This document shows, in pieces, positions 58,039-64,000 of a DNA stretch of 64,000 nt. A model generated the notes under the pieces. The model was not told where the DNA came from, did no database searches, and saw only the letters and a program-made list of their open reading frames with translations. Where the stretch lies: the NCBI GenBank assembly GCA_022447685.1, contig JAKVAO010000005.1, positions 1,624 through 65,623 of the forward strand. Direction: 5' to 3'. The position numbers and the translations under genes are program-made. The stretch comes from Candidatus Caenarcanales bacterium (GTDB taxonomy: Bacteria; Cyanobacteriota; Vampirovibrionia; LMEP-6097). Positions within the stretch are counted from its first letter, which is position 1, and each line of letters starts with the position of its first letter.

Positions 58039-58638
58039 CTAATCCAAATAAAAAGTAGTAACAACTTTATTCAAGCTATGCGCATACTTCAAAGATTCTT
58101 TAAGCGTATTACTATCTCTATATAGAAAACAAATTAACTGTTGGCATTCATATATAATCTCTTGGTTACAAAGTCTGGATGCATCAGCAAGTAACATATG
58201 TGCCCACTCCGGATGCTCAACGATATTTTTAACACCGATTAATTGATCCTGAACTTCTTTTATTTGTTGTTGAAGTGTCTGAGGCAGAATAACTTTGAGT
58301 TTATCGGAATTTCCTCTAAGCGCACCTTTAATGGTTGCGTAGTTAGTTCCACAGTAACCACCACTTGTAATAACTGTGTTACCAGCAACAGTTAAACCAA
58401 AGCCAATCATTTCAATAATTTTGATCTGGCTCATAGATAGATCACGGCTACCTATCATTGCAACTTTCTTTTCTTGAGAATCTTGAATGTTTTTGAACTC
58501 TTCACTAAGGTCATGCGCAGTAGGCGTGTCTAAAAAGCTTGCACTATCTGTTCCAGCGCCAATGACATTCATCTCGTCTGTCGAAGAAGAAAATGAAGAT
58601 GAAGATCTTACGGTATTTTTGAGCATTTTCACGTTCAT
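58039..58638 (-). CDS. Cyanobacterial DprA/Smf-like Rossmann-fold protein
   Basis: KKVAMIGSR, GNTVITSGG, VILPQTL, ASRLCNQEI..CQQLICF..DS.TL, KVVTTFYLD match a conserved cyanobacterial family as I recall it. Confidence 0.75.
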   Translation of the reverse strand: MNVKMLKNTVRSSSSFSSSTDEMNVIGAGTDSASFLDTPTAHDLSEEFKNIQDSQEKKVAMIGSRDLSMSQIKIIEMIGFGLTVAGNTVITSGGYCGTNYATIKGALRGNSDKLKVILPQTLQQQIKEVQDQLIGVKNIVEHPEWAHMLLADASRLCNQEIIYECQQLICFLYRDSNTLKESLKYAHSLNKVVTTFYLD

Positions 58639-58656
58639 GATTTACAATAATTATAC

Positions 58657-61176
58657 GTGAATTTAGAAACCCACAGTACAGATAAAAAGATTAGCATTTT
58701 AAGCGGTTTAAATCCAGCACAAAAATCAGCAGTCGAGCAAAGAGGAGCCCCACTCTTGGTATTGGCGGGTGCAGGTAGTGGTAAAACCAAAGTTTTGACC
58801 CATAGAATTGCCTATATGATCGAATCTGGGGTCCATTCTGGAAATATTCTTGCGGTAACTTTTACCAATAAAGCAGCGAAGGAAATGAAGGCTAGGCTTA
58901 CGAATATAGTCGGTGAAGAGGGGATTAAATATTCTTGGATTGGAACTTTTCACGCGATTTGCGCGCGGGTTCTAAGAGCTGAGATCGAGAAACTCAAGAT
59001 TCCAGCAGCAGATGGCACTGTCAGAACTTGGAATAAGAACTTTGTGATTTTTGATGAGACTGACTCTATAAACATAGTGAAAGAAGCTATTAAGAGTCTG
59101 GATCTTGATCCTAAGATTTATATCCCTAAGACTATTCGCTATAGAATCAGTGAAGCTAAGAATGAGAAGAGATTGGCTAAGGATTTCAGTACTGATTCTA
59201 CTAATTTTAGAGAAGAGAGAATCGCTCAGATCTATGTGAAATACGAGGATTTGATGTCTAAGAATAACGCTTTGGATTTCGATGATTTACTCTTATTTAC
59301 AGTTAATTTACTGGAGCAAAACCCAGATGTCAGAGAATACTACTTCAATCGCTTTAAGCATATTCTAGTAGATGAATATCAAGATACTAACCACACTCAG
59401 TATGAGATGATTCGTTTGCTTGCAGAAGGTTGTAAGAAAGTAGATAGATCCAATGTCGAGAAATATAATCCAGCTAGTCATTGGAACTTTGCGCATAAAT
59501 CTTTAACTGTAGTTGGTGATGTTGATCAAAGTATCTACTCTTGGCGTGGTGCTGATTTTAGGATTATTATTGGTTTTCAGACTGATTATCCGAGTGCTGA
59601 TCTAATTAAGCTAGAAGCAAACTATAGATCTACTGGAAATATACTTTCTGTTGCTAATAAGATCATAGAGAATAACTCTGAGAGAATCGATAAGAATCTT
59701 CAAGCAACTAAAGGTGAAGGTGAGAAAATCACTGTTTTCGAGGCTCAGGACGAACTTGAAGAGGCGCAGTATATCAGTGCGGAGATTCAGAAGCGTGTGG
59801 CTGCTGGCTCACAGAGGCTTAAAGATTTTGCGATTCTTTATAGAACTAATGTTCAATCGAGGGTGCTTGAGGAGGCCCTGCTTAGAAGAAATATTCCTTA
59901 TGTAATAGTCGGTGGTTTTAGGTTCTACGATAGAAAAGAAATCAAAGATATGATTTCTTATTTGAAAGTTCTTTATAACCCTGCTGATAGTCAGAGCTTG
60001 AAGAGAGTTATAAATGAGCCGCGCCGCTCAATCGGCGCAACTACGGTGTCTAAAGTCGAAGAACACGCAGCGCATTTCGGTTATACACTTTATAGAGCTT
60101 TGCTGGAGATAGATGAAATTGAAAGTATATCTGCTTCAGCGAAAAAGAAAATCAAAGATTTTACTAATCTTATAGAAGACCTACGCCTTGCTGAGAAATC
60201 TTTAGACTTGGGAGATTTAGTGGATGATCTTTATCATAAGACTGGCTATGCTGATATGCTCAATAAATCTAATGATGCTGAGTCTGAATCGCGTATGGAG
60301 AATATCCAGGAATTGATCGGGGTAGCAACTGATTTTGCTTTGAACTCTGAGGATAATTCTCTTTCTGCTTTCCTTGCTGAGATTTCTTTACTTAGTGAAA
60401 TGGAAAACTCCAAAGAAAACGCAAATGCAGTTACTATGATGACTCTGCACGCAGCGAAAGGTCTAGAGTTTCCAGTGGTTTTCCTTACTGGTATGGAAGA
60501 AGGGATTTTCCCTCATCAGAGAAGTTTGGATGCAAAGGACAAGACTCAACTCGAAGAAGAGAGAAGGCTTATGTATGTTGGTGTTACTAGAGCTGAAGAG
60601 AAACTCTTTATGACTCATGCGCGCCGTCGTAGGATCTTTGGGCAGACAGACTTTGCGCTACCTTCGAGATTTTTAGAAGAAGCTCCTCCAGAGTTACTTT
60701 CTGGTTACTATGGTCAATCTAGAGATAATGATGCTGGACCTAGTTATACTTCTAATCTTGGACATGGTTCTAAATCTTCAGGCTCTGGCTATTCTAATTC
60801 TGGTTACTCTAGAGAGTCTTTCGTAGACAATAGCTTTAGCCCTAGTGGTTTTAATTCATCTAAGTCTGCTAAGGTTAGACGTCCTGGTGCTAATTCCTTT
60901 GGTGGTACAAGTTCTTCTTCTGTTGAAGGTTATTATGACCAAGGGCGTGGTAGTGATGCTCGCTCTAACGCTAGGCGTGAAAATTCTGTTCCTAAGAATT
61001 TCAAAATTGAATTTGAAGTTGGAGATACTGTGAAGCACGCTAAATTTGGTGAAGGTAAGGTTTTACAGGTTCTAGGTTCAGGCGAGAAAATTCTTTATAA
61101 TATTGAATTTACTGAAGCACAGCAGAAGAAACTTCTAGACCCTAAGTTTGCGAAGCTTATTAAAGTTAGTTCATAA
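58657..61176 (+). CDS. pcrA: ATP-dependent DNA helicase PcrA/UvrD
   Basis: LAGAGSGKT, TFTNKAA, VDEYQDTN, VGDVDQSIYSWRGA, NYRST, TLHAAKGLEF, EERRLMYVGVTRA; C-terminal VKHAKFGEG. Confidence 0.98.
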   Translation: MNLETHSTDKKISILSGLNPAQKSAVEQRGAPLLVLAGAGSGKTKVLTHRIAYMIESGVHSGNILAVTFTNKAAKEMKARLTNIVGEEGIKYSWIGTFHAICARVLRAEIEKLKIPAADGTVRTWNKNFVIFDETDSINIVKEAIKSLDLDPKIYIPKTIRYRISEAKNEKRLAKDFSTDSTNFREERIAQIYVKYEDLMSKNNALDFDDLLLFTVNLLEQNPDVREYYFNRFKHILVDEYQDTNHTQYEMIRLLAEGCKKVDRSNVEKYNPASHWNFAHKSLTVVGDVDQSIYSWRGADFRIIIGFQTDYPSADLIKLEANYRSTGNILSVANKIIENNSERIDKNLQATKGEGEKITVFEAQDELEEAQYISAEIQKRVAAGSQRLKDFAILYRTNVQSRVLEEALLRRNIPYVIVGGFRFYDRKEIKDMISYLKVLYNPADSQSLKRVINEPRRSIGATTVSKVEEHAAHFGYTLYRALLEIDEIESISASAKKKIKDFTNLIEDLRLAEKSLDLGDLVDDLYHKTGYADMLNKSNDAESESRMENIQELIGVATDFALNSEDNSLSAFLAEISLLSEMENSKENANAVTMMTLHAAKGLEFPVVFLTGMEEGIFPHQRSLDAKDKTQLEEERRLMYVGVTRAEEKLFMTHARRRRIFGQTDFALPSRFLEEAPPELLSGYYGQSRDNDAGPSYTSNLGHGSKSSGSGYSNSGYSRESFVDNSFSPSGFNSSKSAKVRRPGANSFGGTSSSSVEGYYDQGRGSDARSNARRENSVPKNFKIEFEVGDTVKHAKFGEGKVLQVLGSGEKILYNIEFTEAQQKKLLDPKFAKLIKVSS

Positions 61177-61412
61177 ATACGCCACTAGATTCCATCTTTT
61201 CAAAATAGTACCAGTTCTTGTTTTATGGTTTTCAGCCATCTAGATTTGTTGTTTTTACAAGCAACCTTGTTAAAAACTTATGATAATTTCATAGGTCTTG
61301 ACGCTTGTGTAAGATAATAACAAATTTAAGAGCTAGCTTAGCTATTCCTATATTAAAATAGTAATAAAGCTTCTTAATAATCACTTAAGCTTTAACATTT
61401 TCTTCAGGGAAT

Positions 61413-63314
61413 ATGGTTGTAACTACAAACACGAGTTTTGTAAACCCTGGACCTAAAGTGCTGGCGCGTACCTTTGGGACTAATAGTGCCGTGCCAGAAA
61501 ATAGTCAGGCTCAAGGACTAGAGAAATTAGGATTAGATAACTTAGAGAAAGATTACAAAGCTCAGCTTGAACGTTTATATAAATTACAAGGAAATGAGAG
61601 AGATACTTCTCTAGTTCAAGATCCTACTGCTAATGAAGAAAAGACAGAGTCTTCTATTGATGGTGAAACTGCAAAGCCTAAAGAAGGAATACTTGACGCA
61701 ATATTAAACCCTGTTCGTGATAAGGCACTTGCTTTCCAGGCTGAGCATAAGAACAATATAAAAAGTTTTACCGGGTTTGGAACTAGAGCTAGTATTGCCG
61801 CTAATGCTTCTTCTCTTGCAGAGTCTGAGATTAAAGCTACTGGAGTTGCTGGGGAATTGGCTACAAATGCAAGTCTTATCGTTACTGGTGGTGAGGGAGC
61901 CTTAGAGGGCTTGAAGAAAAAAGACTTCTGGTATGCTCTAGGTAAGTCCTTAGATGCTCTTGTTGGAGCTACCGTAAAACGTGAATGGCAGTTTGTAACT
62001 AGAATCGGTCCAGCAATGTCTAATCTCTCTACAGCGATTAGGCAGAAATATGGTATCGAGGAATTTGAGAGTTTTTCAGAAGGTTTAGTCCTTGGATTGA
62101 AGGAAATGGCAACTTTTGTTCAAAAATTACCTAAGATGGGTTTTAGTGCATTTAAGTCAGAGAACGCTGATGAATCTAACGCTTATTCAGGTGGTGGACC
62201 ACTTATCTCTATGATTGGTAGCCTTGGTAATATTGTTTCATTCTTACCAATTTTAATTCCAGAGCAAGCCAAGATACCACTTAGAGTTATTAGTTATCCA
62301 TTTAGAACTGCTGGTGCAAGTATGATTGATTTCTTTGAAGGTCTTAGTCAAGATCCTAAGAGTCAGTTCTCGGGAGCAGCTAAAGTGGATTTCTTAGCAG
62401 GAGCTAGTTTTGATATTTTGAACAAAGGAAGTATGATGGCTAAGTGGTACGCTAAGGAAAAGCTCGGCTTAGATGAAGATTCGGCTGCAGTTAAAGCTTT
62501 AGATTTTAGTGAAACTTTCTTTAAGAACCTTGGTCCTACATTTGAAAGTATTGGTCGAGGACTTACTGCAACTGCTGTTGATGCAGGTCTTTCAAATGAT
62601 CAGTATAGAGTTCAAGGTTTCAAAGGTATATTCTCTAGGTATATAGAAAGTCATATGCAATCTTTATTCGGTGTTCAAGCGAAAGGTAATTCTCCTGCAC
62701 AAATAGCTGAGTTACAAGCTAAGTCAGAGCCAGTTGCTGAAGAAAGTGGCTTAGAAGCATTGTTGATGAAGATTGAGCAAACCGTTCCAGATTTACAAAT
62801 ATTGCTTCAACCACTTAGAACTGCTGTGAAATCTGTTAAGTCAACGGTTAATAGATTTGTCGAGGATGATTATGTTTCTGATCTTTATACTAGAGATTCT
62901 ATAAGTTTAAGTCCTCAGGCAAGGGCGCCTGAGCCATCTAAGTTAGAAGCTGAAATTCCTAAGCCTCCGGTTAGTATTGTTCCACCACAAGAGCAGGAAG
63001 AACCGCCTAAAGTTGAAGCTCAGGATGAGAAGCCGGAGGCAGAGAAAACTCAAAGCAATGCTGAGCGTGAACGCGAACTAATTTCAAGTATTAAGGCTAG
63101 CCCAAGTATGAGTGAAAGAACGAAGCAAGTTGCAGAAAGAATTGAGCGTGATGTAAATAATAGGCAGAGCAGAGTTAAGGCACGTGAAAATTCAAATGGT
63201 AGTTCAAGTTCTGATTCTAATTCTCAGAATGGCTTTGACTATCGAAGAGAGGGAGAATCAGGAAAGCAAGGTACAACTGAATCACCTAGTCAGAAACCAC
63301 CAGTTAATGTTTAA
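61413..63314 (+). CDS. Large hypothetical protein with hydrophobic/Gly-Ala helices and disordered termini
   Basis: 633-aa ATG ORF. Confidence 0.8.
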   Translation: MVVTTNTSFVNPGPKVLARTFGTNSAVPENSQAQGLEKLGLDNLEKDYKAQLERLYKLQGNERDTSLVQDPTANEEKTESSIDGETAKPKEGILDAILNPVRDKALAFQAEHKNNIKSFTGFGTRASIAANASSLAESEIKATGVAGELATNASLIVTGGEGALEGLKKKDFWYALGKSLDALVGATVKREWQFVTRIGPAMSNLSTAIRQKYGIEEFESFSEGLVLGLKEMATFVQKLPKMGFSAFKSENADESNAYSGGGPLISMIGSLGNIVSFLPILIPEQAKIPLRVISYPFRTAGASMIDFFEGLSQDPKSQFSGAAKVDFLAGASFDILNKGSMMAKWYAKEKLGLDEDSAAVKALDFSETFFKNLGPTFESIGRGLTATAVDAGLSNDQYRVQGFKGIFSRYIESHMQSLFGVQAKGNSPAQIAELQAKSEPVAEESGLEALLMKIEQTVPDLQILLQPLRTAVKSVKSTVNRFVEDDYVSDLYTRDSISLSPQARAPEPSKLEAEIPKPPVSIVPPQEQEEPPKVEAQDEKPEAEKTQSNAERERELISSIKASPSMSERTKQVAERIERDVNNRQSRVKARENSNGSSSSDSNSQNGFDYRREGESGKQGTTESPSQKPPVNV

Positions 63315-63323
63315 GAAACAACA

Positions 63324-64000
63324 TTAAATAATCTTCTTACTATCATTTTTAAACACAAATGGGATCACCTCTGAATTGGAAACAGGTCTATTATTGTCGA
63401 AGATGTACATAACACCCATTGCGATTTTATGGAAAGGCTTTTCGGTATTGTAATGTTCATACCTTCTTATTGTCTTAGAGTTATCGATAGTATTACTATC
63501 TTCAAAGGCTCTATCAGGGTCACTCTCTACTCTGGATTGCATTTCTTTGAGGGACTGTTTAATTACTGGTGCTAAAAATATTCCAGGTATTATATTGTCA
63601 TAGCCATCATCCCTGTAATAAGTTTCTACTAAATGTGAGATATTTTGTTCATCAATAAACCCATCTATGGATTTTGTTAACTCTCTGTTTACTCCTTGGA
63701 GAAGTTTATCGTAATAGTTGGGATCATAATGGAAAACTTTTGTCATTATTCCTATTTGTCTTTCATTTAGTGCTAAGCGCTTTATTCTTGGTTTTATCTC
63801 GCCATTTTGGCGAACCAAGAAGTGAGGGTGAGCATATAGGCTTGCAGAAGTAATTGTATTTGATTTATCTTTTACATTAATTTGATGCTTTAAGTTGTTA
63901 GTATGTGTGACTATTTTGGTTTCTTGAAGAACTTTAGAGAAAGATGGTTCAACTTCTTTATTTCCATTTCCTTCTGCTTTATATCTCTTGAGAGCATTTC
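63324..64000 (-). CDS. Hypothetical protein (5'-truncated at the window edge)
   Basis: The frame of the 63324-63818 ORF has no stop up to base 64000. Confidence 0.7.
   Translation of the reverse strand, partial: NALKRYKAEGNGNKEVEPSFSKVLQETKIVTHTNNLKHQINVKDKSNTITSASLYAHPHFLVRQNGEIKPRIKRLALNERQIGIMTKVFHYDPNYYDKLLQGVNRELTKSIDGFIDEQNISHLVETYYRDDGYDNIIPGIFLAPVIKQSLKEMQSRVESDPDRAFEDSNTIDNSKTIRRYEHYNTEKPFHKIAMGVMYIFDNNRPVSNSEVIPFVFKNDSKKII

Noticed and set aside
60700-61010. Ser/Gly-rich stretch in PcrA as an inserted element
   Set aside because: It matches the normal disordered linker before the C-terminal domain; no inverted or tandem repeat was seen.
1-64000. Alternative genetic code (TAG or TGA reassigned) to explain the in-frame stops
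   Set aside because: Conserved genes end properly at TAG (uvrB, argS, murB, pyrK) and TGA (truA), and none contains an internal stop.

Overview
An AT-rich (roughly one-third GC by eye), gene-dense bacterial chromosome segment. No rRNA, tRNA, CRISPR array or transposase was recognisable. Cyanobacterial-type housekeeping proteins (a DprA-like family protein, PcrA with cyanobacteria-style inserts) occur together with flagellar genes. This points, by inference, to a non-photosynthetic cyanobacterial lineage (Vampirovibrionia/Melainabacteria). Housekeeping genes: folP, uvrB, lspA, nadA, trxA, lpxA, def, argS, glmU, mnmA, pyrB, pyrK, grpE, trkA/ktrA, truA, murB, gatA, holB, galE, pcrA. They are interleaved with many orphan ORFs. 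Main oddities: (1) a flgK-flgL-flgL-flgK block in which all four proteins share one inserted module and both FlgK carry a second beta-rich insert, followed by a co-oriented run of orphan genes; (2) a 123-bp palindromic MITE-like element inserted in frame and tandemly duplicated inside a sulfotransferase, plus a smaller hairpin insert in folP; (3) three orphan genes that look interrupted (16-bp duplication, in-frame TAG, in-frame TGA at the centre of a palindrome); (4) an ApaG-HspQ fusion, a Tat/lipoprotein superoxide dismutase, a lipoprotein class D beta-lactamase divergent from a LuxR-HTH gene, and a 23-bp exact repeat in two upstream regions. All family calls come from motif recognition by eye; no database searches were run.
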